Shown here piece after piece: positions 13,424 through 27,101 of a DNA stretch of 64,000 bases. Source of the DNA: Octopus vulgaris. Lineage: Eukaryota. A model generated the notes under the pieces. The model did no database searches. It saw nothing but the letters and a program-made list of their open reading frames with translations, and was not told the origin of the DNA. The stretch spans positions 18,414,001-18,478,000 of the forward strand of contig OX597840.1 in the NCBI GenBank assembly GCA_951406725.2. The letters are read 5' to 3'. Position 1 is the stretch's first letter. Each line of letters opens with the position of its first letter. A program made the position numbers and the translations under genes.

Positions 13424-13730
13424 GGACGCAATGGCCCAGTGGTTAGGGCAGCGGACTCGCGGCTGTAGGATCGCAGTTTCGATTCCCCAAACCGGGCGTT
13501 GTGAGTGTTTATTGAACGAAAACACCTAAAGCTCCACGAGGCTCCAGCAAGGGGCAGTGGTGATCCCTGCTGTACTCTTTCGCCACAACTTTCTCTCACT
13601 CTTTCTTCTGTTGGCCTGCTCGCTTAGCCAGCGGGGTGGCGTCATTTGAAGGCTAAGACAATGCGAAGCGCATTGTGACCAGCGATGTGTAGCAACATCT
13701 AATAGCCTGGTCGGTTACGGTGACGATGTA
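13424..13730 (+). mobile_element. tRNA-derived SINE family E, near full length
   Basis: A box tggcccagtgg, B-box-like gtttcgattcc; other copies at 19384-19483 (-), 35972-36061 (+), 36062-36178 (-). Confidence 0.85.
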
Positions 13731-13743
13731 TATAATATATAAC

Positions 13744-14126
13744 CTTGCTTCCCAACCACATGGTTCTGGGTTCAGACCCACTGTGTGGCATTTTGGCCAA
13801 GTGACTTCTACTGCCTTGTGAGTGGATTTGGTTGACGGAAACTGAAAGAAGCCCATCGTATGTGTGTGTTTGTGTATTTTTGTGAGTGTGCCTGTGTATA
13901 CATGTGTATACATGTTTGTGTGTCTGTGTTTGTCACTCCGCACCCCCAACATCGTTGGCAACCGATGTTGGTGTGTTTACGTCCATGTAACTTAGCGGTT
14001 CGGCAAAAGAGACCGATAGAATAAGTAAGTATTAGGCTTACAAAGAATAAATCCTGGGGTCGATTTGTTCGACTAAAGGCAGTGCTCCAGCATGGCCGCA
14101 GTCAAATGACTGAAACGAGTAAAGGA
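13744..14126 (+). mobile_element. SINE A, 5'-truncated
   Basis: Family A body and tail. Confidence 0.85.
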
Positions 14127-14389
14127 GTATATAGATATATAGTAAATATATAAGCAACAAAAATGACGAACATAGGCGCGGGTGTGGCTGAGTGGTAAGA
14201 AGTTTGCTTTCCAATCACATGGTTCCAGGTTCAGTCCCAAAGGTACTTGCTCCATCGGTCATTTTTGCCGAACCGCTAATGTTACGCTGACATAATCACA
14301 CTAGTACCAATTGTCAAGCGGTGATGAGACATACATGTATCTTATCTGTTTGGTTGACGCGCACACACACACACACACACACACACATA

Positions 14390-14712
14390 CTAGCGTCAAG
14401 CTCACAATCATGAGGTAGTGAGTTCGCGACCCGGACCAGACTGTGTTGTGTTCTTGAGCAAGACACTTTATTTCACCTTGCTCTAGTTCACTCAGCTGCG
14501 CAAATGAGTTGTGACGTTGCTGGTGCCAAGCTGTATCGGCCCCTTTTGCCTTTCCCTTGGATAACATCAGTGACGTGAAGAAGAGCGGCTGGTATGCATG
14601 GGCGACTGTTGGTATTCCATAAGACAACATTACCCGGACTTGTGCCTCAGTGAGGAACTTTCTAGGTGCAATCCCATGGTCATTCATGACTGAAGAGGGT
14701 CTTTACTCCTTT
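14390..14712 (+). mobile_element. SINE family D (V-domain-like gtgttcttgagcaagacacttta core)
   Basis: Collinear with the copy at 35654-35965. Confidence 0.8.
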
Positions 14713-14932
14713 TACACACACACACGACTGGCTTCTTTCGGTTTCTGTTTACCAAATCCTCTCAAGTTTTTCGTCAGCCCGAGGCAATAGTGGAAGGCAC
14801 TTGTCCAAGGTGCCGTGAAGTGTAACTGAACCCGGAACCATGTGGTTGGGAATCAAACTTCTTAACACCCAACAACTATACACGTCTATACAAACGTGCG
14901 ATCACATTTTCCTCGCACACATACACTCCTAT

Positions 14933-14963
<31 letters not shown>

Positions 14964-15584
14964 TTTGTATACACACACACACACACATTTCCATGCATTC
15001 ATGCGCTATTACATCCTAATGAATGCACAGACATACACTATCATAGGCGTATATATACACACATCATACAAGGCATGGCTGTGTGGTTTGAGTAGCTCGC
15101 TTTGGAACCTCGTGATGCTAAGTTCAATCCCGCTGCATGACACCTTGGGCAAATGTCTTCTATTATAACCCTGGGCCAGCCAATACTTAGTGACGGAAAT
15201 CGTGTGAAAGAAAGCCCCGTTGTGTATGTGTATTTTAGTGTCTGTTTGTCCCCTGTCCCAACGCTTGACAACCGGTGTTAGTTTGTTTACGACCCCGAAA
15301 CTTGGCTATTAGGCTAAAAAGTTTCCAGAAGAATAAAGTACCAGACTTTGAAATAAGTTCTGGTGTCTGTTAAACACTTCATAGCGGTGCTCCAGCTTGG
15401 CCGCCGTCCAAATGATCGAAACGAGTAAAAGGTAAAAGAAAGAAAAAAAAGAACACCGCCGCCACCACTACCCCCTGCTTTATCAGCTTTACTCCGACCC
15501 TCACCGCACAAATCCCGAAAAGTTGAAGTGGTCACCACACCCATTCTACCTCCCTACCTCCTTCCCTTCACCCCCACCACTCTC

Positions 15585-15620
<36 letters not shown>

Positions 15621-15982
15621 CCTCTCTTTCTCTCTCTCTCTCTCTCCCTCTCTCTCTCTCTCTTTCGCTGGCCGATCATTCGTCCGATAATAGAAACGCG
15701 TGTGTGTTTCAATTAATTCTTTTCTGAAGATGACCAAATGTCAAGGCGGGGTAGTGGTGGTGGTGGTGGTGGTGGTGGTGGTGGTGAGGCCGGAAAAGTG
15801 GTTACTAAAAATAGACGACGTAAATTCCTCGCCCCCAAACCCCACACCACCCCTTCGACTTTGACACATCCTTTAACATTTTTCTCTCTTCTTCCTCCTC
15901 CACACACACACACACGCACTCTCTCTTTCTCCACACACACACATGTATCTGTGTATGTACTTATGTATGTACTTTAATTGTG

Positions 15983-16303
15983 AAGGCGCGTGGCTTAGTG
16001 GTTAGGGTGTTCGGCTCACAATCGTAAGTTCGTGAGTTCGATTCCCGACGGTGCGTTGTGTCCTTGCGCAAGGAACCTTATTCCAAGTTGTTCCAGCCCA
16101 GTCAGCTGGCAAAAATGAGTAGTACCTGTATTTCAAAGGGTCAGCCTTGTCACATTCTGTGTTACGCTGAATATCCATGAGAAATACTGAAGGGTACGCG
16201 TGTCTGTGGAGTACTCAGCCACTTGCAAGTTAATCACATGAGCAGCCTGTTCCATTGTTTGTACCAAATGGAACACTCGTTGTCATAAGCGACGGAGTAC
16301 CAG
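15983..16303 (+). mobile_element. tRNA-derived SINE family C (head related to D, different 3' half)
   Basis: ggcgcgtggcttagtggttagg A box, gagttcgattcc B box. Confidence 0.75.
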
Positions 16304-17422
16304 TTTTTTTTAATGTATGTATGCACAGAAGTGGATGTGTGGTAAGTAGCTGGCTTACCAACCACATGGTTCTGGGTTCAGTCCCACTGCATGGAACCAT
16401 GGGCAAGTGTCTTCTACTATAGCCTCGGGCCGACCCCGGAGGAATATGGACTAAGAACGCAAAGATGGACGAAGTATCGGCAAGCATCTTGCCAGGGGTG
16501 CTAACCATTCTGCCAGCCCGTCGCCTTTTTATGTTCCAGTATAATGGATTCCAAATGTTGGCACAAGGCCAGCAATTTCAGGAGGGGGGGCAAGTTGATT
16601 ACATCAACCTCAGCATTCAATTAGTATTTCACATTACCAATTATTCAAACGCTTGAAGTCGGCGAGTAGCGTGACAGTATCTAAGCAAATATATTCATAA
16701 ACACATCAAAACATGATGTCCTGCTTCAATCGTTTCAATATTTGACACCTGTAAACTAAGAGATATGATTCAAGAACTTTCAGCTTCTATCAAAATATAC
16801 ACATTCTAAGTATTGAGTACTTTTTTCTACGTTTGTGAACGCAAACGTTTATGCAGTGCCTCAACATGACTGCTACGACACAATGGAGTCGGTAGAAGAG
16901 TGAAAGTGTTTAAAATTCTCTCTACTTAGATTATTTTCACTGTTTAATTTCGTTGCCTTCATTCGTCTAATTCTCTCTACTTATATCCCTCCCTCTTTCT
17001 ACTTCTATCACTCTCCTGCTCTCCCTGTCTCCCCCACCTGTTTTTTCACTCTTTAAATTCTCTCTGCTACCAATCTCTTATCCTTCTTTCTCCCTCTTCT
17101 CTCTCTTAATCAGCTGTACAGGTATTAGTAGGCGAGTAGTAAGCTAATATCCTTTATCTACTAATCTTGTCACTGTCTGCAGAGGTCAAAAAGACCTCAC
17201 ATCTTAACTCCTCCCCCTAGCGCCCTTACTACAAACACTATTCTTGGATGTCTATAAAGTTAAGCGGATGAAACACAGATGTCTTTTCCTCCCCGTGTAC
17301 CCCCGACACCCTAATAAACACATCAGTCCTTCGAGGGCTCTTTACTTCTTACTCTAGTGAGGTACCTAGAATGAAACGCAGTTCTTTTAAAATCACAAAT
17401 TCGATAAGGTAGGTTCTTTATG

Positions 17423-17995
17423 CAAGCATGGTTGTGTGGTTAAGCAGCTCACTCTGCAACCATGTGGTGCTGGGTTCAGTCCCACTCCGCGGCATCTTGC
17501 GCGGGTGTTTTCTATTATAGCCCCGAGTTGACCAAAGCCGAAACTGTGTGGAAACCTATCGTGTGTGTGTGTGTTTTATCTTTTACTTCAGTCATTTGAC
17601 AGCAGCCATGTTGGGGCACTGCCTTGAATAATTTTTAGTCGGTTAAAGCCTGATACTGACTCTATCGACGTCTTTTGCCGAACCGCTAAGTTACAGGAAC
17701 GGTGGTCTCACACACACACATACGACGAATTTCTTTTCGGTTTCCATCTACCAAATCTACTCACAAGGCTTTGGTCGGCCCGAGGCTATAGTAGAAGACA
17801 ATTGCCCAAGGTGCTAACCCTGACCCTATAAAAAATGTGTGTGTTTTTGAGTTTTCCCCACTACCGCTTGACAACCAGTGCTGACTGGTTTACGGGAACG
17901 TAACGTAGCAGTTCGGCAAAAAATTCCGATAGAATAAGTATCAGAATTTAAAAACTGAATACTGGTGCCAATTTGTGCGAAAATAAAACTATCAA
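17423..17995. mobile_element. Nested, oppositely oriented SINE A fragments
   Basis: Plus head, minus copy 17578-17815, then plus 3' half. Confidence 0.7.
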
Positions 17996-18009
17996 GTGTG
18001 TGTGTGCGT

Positions 18010-18059
<50 letters not shown>

Positions 18060-19492
18060 TGAGAGATCTGCAGTGACCCTGGGGGAAAGGAATTAACTTA
18101 AAAAGCGACCAATTGGTAGCCGTGACCCTCCCCTCCCCCCAACACCTGCCTTTCCCTTCTCAACGACGCGCAGTAACAAAGTGAAATTTTATCTGAGTTA
18201 GTTAATTGTTACTTTTAGTTGCGAAATTAACTTTGTTCTAGTTAATTAATTGTTTGTGTGTATGTACGAGTTACAAGTTATACTTTTGTGTGTGTGTCTG
18301 TGTTTCAGTGTGTATGTGTTAGTATGTGTGTGTGTGTGTGCGCGCACGGGCGCGCCGAGGTTTCTGTACGTATACGTGTTATTAGCTTGTGTGTGTTTGT
18401 GTGAGTTTGGTGTGTGTATGTGTCTGTCTGAGTTGATAGTATATTGCGTGTTGATATGGCTGTGTCTAAAGAAAAAACATTTGCTCAGATCACATTTCCA
18501 CCGTCTTAAATGAAAAGAAAATCACAGCGAAGGACACATTACAATAGGTAATAACTGTCTAGCGTTATTTATAGGAACAGACATAGAGCTGTATGGTTAA
18601 GAAGCTAGCTTTGCAGCCACCTGCTTTCAGGTTCAATTCCAGTGAGCGATACTTCGATATATTGGACGTATGCCTAATACAAAAACCCCGGCTCGCCAAT
18701 GACTTGTGGAATTTTGTTAGACGGAAACTGGAAGAAGCATATCGTGTATGTGTGTCCTTGTTTTGAAATTATGGCGTGGTTCTAAACGAGTTTCACCGTC
18801 ATGCAAGCGACACCTGTCATTGCCAATCTTCTGTGAAGAACGCGTCTAGTTAGAAGATATTACCTTACTTGGAAACAGGTGACTGTTGGCGACAGGAAGA
18901 GCATCCGTCTGTAGAATATTTACTTCAACGGGATCCGTCCGACCCGTGCAAACATGTAAAAGTTAAAATTGTGTGTGTATGTTAGTGTGTACATTTATTA
19001 ATTTATTTTTAATACCACTTATTCACTGCGGGATTTTGCTTCAGAGATTATCATTCCTCTGTGGACTTCGTATGTAAAGCCACATGTAGCTGAACCCCCA
19101 AATGATGTCAGCGGGCCAACAGATACGATGTTTCGGCATGACTTCGCCTCTTCAGCAGCAGATACCGTTTCATTATAGAAGGGAACATCTAAAAAACAGT
19201 ACTTTTGCTTGTAAGTTAAGACTTGCGAGCAGGAGTTAATTTAATGTAAGCACACAAAGCAGTGTGCGCATGTCTTTGTGTCTTCCCATCACGTGACAAC
19301 TGGTGTTGGTTTGTTTACGTGATATGGCTTGTTTACAGTATGTGTGTGTGTGTATGGAATAAAACAGCTTGATTCAAATTCGTAGGTGTTTTCGCTCAAT
19401 AAATACTCACAACGCTTGGTCTGGGAATCGAAACCGCGACCCTACGACCGCGAGTCCGCTGCCCTAGCTACTGGGCCATGTGCCTTTCCCCC

Positions 19493-19562
<70 letters not shown>

Positions 19563-19922
19563 TTACATATACAATAACAGTTTTTATACGATATCACTAC
19601 CATTTGGTAGAAAAAAAAAACTAAGGCAAGATGGTCACTTCTGGAATGTAGCTAATAATCTACTGACAGGCAGAAGCAACAACCACCCGTTATTTATTTA
19701 ATTATTCATTTGCTTTTTCTGTGCTGTTTTGAAATAGTTTCGACATAACATGAAACGGAACTTGTGAAGTTTCTAATGGCGAAGGCTTAACCCCGCCAAT
19801 CAGCGCCAGAAAAAAAAAATGAAAGGAGAGAAAAAAAAGACCTTCTTGATACTTACACCCGCTCCCCCCACCTCTTACCCTACGTCTTCACCACTACCAC
19901 CACCACCACCACCGTTTTGTCA

Positions 19923-19958
<36 letters not shown>

Positions 19959-20591
19959 AACTCATTAGGTTTCCTAAGGAAAGTCTTGAGACAAACGCAG
20001 TCCTTTTAATTCAACACACGTTGGTAAAAGTTATCTTGTTACAAATATGTACTTGTGTCTCTGTGTGTGTATATATATATATATATATATTATGTGTGTG
20101 TGTATATAATCTGTTTGTGTGTGTGTATGGGTCTATGACTGTATATGTTTTATGTATGTGTGTGTGCACATATGTACATATGAAAGCATGCGTGAACGTA
20201 CGTATGTATGTATGTACATTAGCAAGATATGAATATATGAAGTCAGCTGTTTTCGAGTTTCATTTACGCGTCACCACCACCATCATCATCATCATAATCT
20301 ACTTTTCTAAGGGTTCCCCCTCCTTCCACGACATTTCATCTGGTTGTTCATTCTATCTCTCTCTTCCTCCTCTCTCTATTTCTCACACCTTCCTCTTTCT
20401 GTCTCCACCACTGTGTCTCTGTCACACTATTTCTTTTTCTTCGCACCCCCCCCCTACATCTTTCCTATATGATGCATGTATATTATTCAAACCCTTGCTT
20501 GAAAAACGACCGAACCCAGATGGTGGCACTTAAGTCCTGACTCAGCTACACTTAGTTCCCGCTAGTGTGTGAGAGAGAGAGACAGGGTCAG

Positions 20592-20645
<54 letters not shown>

Positions 20646-20894
20646 GGGAGAGACAGGATAAGCGGGGGGAAGAGGAAAAATAGGATTAATATATGAAAGA
20701 GGATTAATGAATTTGTGTAAAAGAGAGAAAGAGGGGGATTACTGTGTGTGTGCGAGAGTCAGTGGTGTTTAGTGTATGCGTGTGAACGAAACGAGGGGGG
20801 GGGGTCCGTGTGTGACCAGTATCTAAGTGTGTGTGTATGTATGGGAAGGTACTTAGGGAGGGAGAGAATTTGGTGTGTGTATGTGAGAGATTGC

Positions 20895-20907
20895 TAGTGT
20901 GTATGTG

Positions 20908-20948
<41 letters not shown>

Positions 20949-21498
20949 GGTGAATACACATAATTACCAATGCATATACACACACACATGCACATACTTA
21001 AATACACAGGTGTACAGATGTACACGCACAAACGCATATAGATATGTGTGTGTCTGCACGCGCGTGTGATTATGTGTGTGTGTATATATATATATGTCTG
21101 TGTGTGTGTGTGTATATATATATGTGTGTGTGTATATATGTGTGTGTGTATATATATATATATGTGTGTGTATATATATATATGTGTGTGTATATATATA
21201 TATGTGTGTGTATATATATATGTGTGTGTATATATATGTGTGTGTATATATATATGTGTGTATATATATATATGTGTGTGTATATATATATGTGTGTGTG
21301 TATATATATGTGTGTGTGTATATATATGTGTGTGTATATATATATGTGTGTATATATATGTGTGTGTGTATATATATATATATGTGTGTATATATATGTG
21401 TGTGTGTATATATATGTGTGTGTGTGTATGTATATATGTGTGTATGTATATATGTGTGTATGTATATGTGTGTATATATATGTGTGTGTGTATATATA

Positions 21499-21547
<49 letters not shown>

Positions 21548-21555
21548 TGTGTGTG
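20895..21555. repeat. Large (TG)n/(TA)n compound microsatellite
   Basis: Directly visible. Confidence 0.95.
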
Positions 21556-22047
21556 TATTAGATAGAGGGTCGGTGTTGTGTTCACACTTAGTAAAAGCGA
21601 CAAGTGGCTCCACCTCTCCTCTACACAATTTCCTCTTTTCCAAACCCAGCATCTTGTTTTCCTGTCTGCTTCTCTACACATCTCTTCTTTCAAACAAACC
21701 ACTCCACTTCTGCCATCACCACAATCAACTGCATCGCCGCCGCCGCACCAATGAGAGAGACTCTGTCAATCACGAGCAACTTGCGGCCCGCGAGACTGTC
21801 TAAATGGCACGCCTAATAGAGACAAAAAGACGACCTTGGCTGTTTTTAATGATGCAGCTCGTCTGATCGTAAGCCATGGCTCAGGCATTTCGCTTCTCGG
21901 ATTAAAAGAAAAACTTGACCTTGCCAGCGTCGTGCAGCCTGCTAGAAATAGAAGCTAAATCTTCAAATCACTTCCTGTCTTCACCACCAATGAATGATGT
22001 GGTCTTTGTGGTCCTGGACACACGAAAATATGCGGAATATTTTTTTT

Positions 22048-22408
22048 ATCTTTTTACCTGTTTCTGTCATTGGAGTGCGGCGATGCTGGAGCACCTAGGA
22101 GAATTTTTAGTCGAATGAATTGTCCCCCAGTATATATTGCTTAAAGCCTGGTACTTATTTTATCGGATCCTTTTGCCGAACCCTAAGTTACGGGGGCGTA
22201 AAAACCCAAACATCGGTCGTCAAGCGGTGGCGGGGGACAAAGACACACACACACGACGGGCTTCTTTCAGTTTCCGTCTGCTAACTCCACTCAGGGCTTT
22301 GGTCAGGTCGGGGCTGTAGTAGAAGACACTTACCCAAGGTGCCACGCAATGAGACTGAACCTGGAACCATGTAGTTGGGAAACAAGCTTCTTACCACAGC
22401 CACGCCTG
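22048..22408 (-). mobile_element. SINE A, diverged
   Basis: Reverse-complement family A motifs. Confidence 0.8.
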
Positions 22409-22714
22409 ACTCTCAGCTTGATCGGAGTTGACCTGTGGTCAAATAACATCCTCTGGTATTTCTAACATTGGTATTACTGCAGCAGCTACTGTTACCTCGA
22501 CAGCCATCGCTAAGTACTACCACCAACACCACAACAACCAATAGTGTCATCATACCACCTTCAACAACCAACACCACAATTGCTACTATCACTACTACAA
22601 CCACCACCATCAATGCTACCACCAACACCACTATTGTAATAACCAAAGCTATCAACAGCATACCTTCAATCACCACCACAAACCCTTAGAAATTATATCT
22701 GTATTGCATATGCA

Positions 22715-22973
22715 TTGAGTTGGTGCATAATTATTGCGGCTTTTTTTTTTCTTTTCAACAAACTTTATTCAGCAAAAACAATAACAACATGTAACAAAAA
22801 CATCTTTAAATGATTATTCCGGAGCATATTCACCATCTACTTCAATTACTGCTTCCTATTTGCTTGGCAGACGGTCAGACCGCCATTTAAAGAGGTTTTT
22901 GTTAAATATTGTTATTGTTTTTGTTGAATAAAATTTATTGGAAAAAAGCCGCAATAATTATGCACCAAACCAA
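22715..22973 (-). mobile_element. Internally deleted mariner (Hsmar1-like TIR) with ~100-bp inverted ends
   Basis: ttgagttggtgcataattattgcggc / gccgcaataattatgcaccaaaccaa followed by TA; internal minus-strand RLPSK*EAVIEVDGEYAPE resembles a mariner transposase C-terminus. Confidence 0.85.
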
Positions 22974-24400
22974 TATTAAGTTCATATACCTACGCTCCAG
23001 CTTTGACATTTTTCTTATATCTAATTCTCAATACTTGATTTGTATACGAGTGTTACATCATTTCTCTCTCTCTCTCTCTCTCCCTCTCTTTACACACGTG
23101 TGTGTGAAATTGTGATATATAAGTGTTTGTTTCAAAACTTTACCCTTCCTTCGGTTCACTATGCTGTATGTATAGATGTAACTTGAACTTTTACCTCTCG
23201 GTACGATACACACACACACACACACACACATACACACACACATGTACATACTGCACCTATATGTGTATGTGTGTTAAATTTTCTCCTCCTTCACCCCAGC
23301 TTTTTGTCTACAAGAATTTTTTAAAATCCGGTTTTATAAATAGGAGTGTCTCAAATATGCCTGGTTATAAGACTTCATTTATTATTTACAATAATTATGA
23401 TATTTAAAAAAAGAATTTCTTAAGAATGGTGAACTTTGACACTTCAGAGTCTAAAATGGATATATCTCTTGTTAATAAAAGATTTTTTTAAACCTGGCCC
23501 GTACCGCTAATGAAGTCCAACAAGCTGCAAACGTTTCTAGTTGTTTCCCTTCTTCGGCCCCATTATCATCATCAGCCGGATACCCTCCGATGTTCGAATA
23601 TGGAGAAGGACTTTGCCAAACTCCTCGATTCCTTCGATGTTCTGCTGCACGCATGCAACCAGTCTATCCATTCATTGATTATTGTCAGTCCATAAACTTC
23701 GTTCAGTTTCCGTCTACCAAATCCACTCACAAAGCTTTGGTCGGCCCAAGGCTATAGTAGAAGACACTTGCCCAAGGTGCTGCGGCAGTAGGACTGAACC
23801 CGGAATCATGTGGTTGAGAAGCAAGCTTCTTACCACACAGCCCACGGTGAGGAAACTGATGAACCAGTGGTGTGTGGAACAAAATATACTTTGTGATATA
23901 GAGACTCTTTTGTCACCGGAAGTGCAGTGAACTGGGTGTTGAGTCTGCTGGAAACGTATAACTACCAACGCCATTGTTGCGTAAAATACATGATAGGAAA
24001 ACAAATAAATAAAAGTATTAAGATAAATAAAGTAAACAATAATAGACCGGATGTTGTGACGTCAGTGACTCGCTGCTGTCTGTCTGTGTTGTTTGGCGTC
24101 AAGGTTCATTTCACACTGTCCGTTTTAACAACTTCGTGGGTCCATTGTACTGAAACTTGAAGAGAGAGAGAGAACGTGTGTATTTTTATGCGTAAAATAC
24201 GTGTCTAACGACTCTTTGTGTGTGTATACAATTGTATACTTGTATACAATTGCTAATGTTTGTGCGTAAATGCTTGTGTTTTGTGTATGTGTATGTCTGT
24301 ATGCTTGTGTTCGTCTATCTGCATGTACTTGTGTGTTTGTGTGTAAGTCTGCTTGTACACGACTATGTGCCTATGTATATAAGTGTATGCTTCTATATAT

Positions 24401-24601
24401 AAAATGAGGAAGGCCGGTTTGTGGGATTGCCTTAGGTTTCCCGTCCATATTCCAAAAACCTGTTGGCCCAAGACTTCTAAAAAAATTTTTAAAGAAGTCT
24501 TGGGCCAACAGGTTTTTTGGGATCTGACGATACACCATGAGGCTTAACCCTTTATGGACTGGAAACCTAAGGTAATCCCATAAACCGGCCTTCCCCATTT
24601 T
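24401..24601. mobile_element. ~200-bp fold-back (palindromic) MITE-like element
   Basis: ~49-bp outer arms and ~35-bp inner arms are reverse complements. Confidence 0.8.
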
Positions 24602-24750
24602 TAATATGTACTGCTCTACATCTTAGACTGTGCTTCTCCTTTTGGATTGATGTTTTTTACATATATATATATATATATATATCGCCTAATAATAATAATA
24701 CTTTAATTGTTCCACGTGTTGTTGTTTTTTCTGTTTTCCCGTTTGGATTA

Positions 24751-24802
<52 letters not shown>

Positions 24803-24803
<1 letters not shown>

Positions 24804-25084
24804 TCTTATTTGTTTCTGTCACTTGACTGCAGCCATTTCACACACACACATATACGACGAGCTTCTTTCAGTTTCCGTCTACCAAATCCACTCACAAGGC
24901 TTTGGTCGGCCCGAGGCTACAGTTGAAGACACTTGCCCAAGGTGCCACACAGTGGGACTGAACCCAGAGGAATGTGGTTGGAAAGCAAGCTATTTACCAC
25001 ACAGTCACGCCTGCGCCTTGCATGTTTCCATGGTGGAATATATTCGTGCGTTAAGTGTGCTTGTGTATACTTAGTAAGCATCAT

Positions 25085-25154
<70 letters not shown>

Positions 25155-25541
25155 GGGGCAAGCATATTAAGATCTGGCTTCGTTTACACGCCTCGCTGCC
25201 CGGTAACCTAAATATATGGTTGCCAACCGCTAATTGCTGTTGGTCCCTATTGTACCCGTATGTGTGTATAGATGTGGGTATACTGAAGGCAGCTTTGATA
25301 ATAATCAGTAAGAAGTAAAACCTGTTCATTCGTCTTCAGATGCATGTGTGTGTATGTGTATTCTTGTTTCAGTCATTTGACTGCGACCATGCTGGAGCAC
25401 CGCCTTTAGTCAAACAAATCAACCCCAGGACTTATTCTTTATAAGCCTAGTATTTATGTTATCGGTCCCTTTTGCCGAACCAGTAAGTTACGGGAACGTA
25501 AACACACCAACGCTGGTGAGGGAACAAATACAAAAGCACAA

Positions 25542-25585
<44 letters not shown>

Positions 25586-25735
25586 GATGGGCTTCTTTCA
25601 GTTTCCGTCTATCAAATCCACTCACAAGACTTTGCTTAGGCCAAGACTATAGAAGACTAAGGTACGACACAGTGGGACTGAACTCGGAGCTATCTGGTTA
25701 GGGAGCATGCTTCTTATCATACAGCCACACCTGTA
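24803..25735 (-). mobile_element. Two SINE A copies (24803-25016 deleted; 25360-25735)
   Basis: Reverse-complement family A. Confidence 0.8.
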
Positions 25736-26201
25736 CCCCCCACCCCCACCCCACACACATGAATATAATCTCTTCAGAGGGAAATATGAATTGAATATTT
25801 AATTTCACTGAGTATAATTGAAACAGCTGTCAGGGATAATGATCGATTTGTTGCGGGAGGTGTACAAATTTTTTACCTCCGCCTTATTTAGCAACGTATA
25901 TATTTGGCTGAGTCAGGTATCGAATCATTCAGTTCAACCATGCAAAACAACCAATCCTAACTGTTCGATGATGTAAGCAATAGGAATTGGATTTGTTTAA
26001 GGTAGGGTTACACCGGAAATAGAAATAGCTTCAGTAAACAATTGTTTTGACATTAATGTTTGTTTTTTTTTCATTGAAAAGACATTGAAACACCTTAATA
26101 GATAAATCAGATCTTTCTGACATTTTATCCCACTGACGACATAGTTTTAAATATAGAACGTTTCGTAATTCATTCATGTTTTGATAATGACATGGAATTA
26201 T

Positions 26202-27052
26202 CTATTTCTTTACTACCCACAAGGGGCTAAACACAGAGGGGACAAACAAGGACAGACAAACGGATTAAGTCGATTATATCGACCCCAGTGCGTAACTGGT
26301 ACTTATTTAATCGACCCCGAAAGGATGAAAGGCAAAGTCGACCTCGGCGGAATTTGAACTCAGAACGTACCGACAGACGAAATACGGCTACGCATTTCGC
26401 CCGGCGGCTAACGTTTCTGCCAGCAGACGTGGCTGTGTGGTTTACAAGTTCGCTTTACGACCACTTGGTTTCGGGTTCAGTCCCACTGCACGGCGTCTTC
26501 AGCAACTGTCTTCTACTATAAACTGATCAAAGGTTTGTGTGTGGTTTTAGTCGGTGGAAAATGAAAGATGCCCATATATTTATGTATGCATGTGTGTGTA
26601 TGTGTATATATGTGTTTGTATGTGTGGCTGTATCAGTCCCACTGCGTGACACCTTGGGCAAATGTCTTCTACTGTAGCCAACCAAAACCTTGCGAGTGGA
26701 TTTGGGAGACGGAAACTGAAAGAAGCCCGCCGTATAGATATATATATGTATATATTTATGCGTGTGTCTGTGTTTGTCCCCCGCACCCCATCGCTTGACA
26801 ACCGATGTTGGTGTGTTTACGTCTCCGTAACAATAGCGGTTCGGCAGAAGAGACCGATATATTAAGTACTAGGCTTACAACGAATAAGTTCAGGGGTCGA
26901 TTTCTTCGACTAAAAGGCGGTGCTCCAGCATGGCCGCAGTCAAATGACTGAAACAAACAAAAGAATAAAAGAAAAAAATATATATATGTATGTGTATATA
27001 TATACATGCGTATGTGTTTATATGTGTGTGTATATATGTGCGTATATATGTT

Positions 27053-27101
<49 letters not shown>

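Noticed and set aside
13424-13500. SINE heads (A-E) as tRNA genes
   Set aside because: No complete cloverleaf or terminator; they continue into SINE bodies in multiple diverged copies
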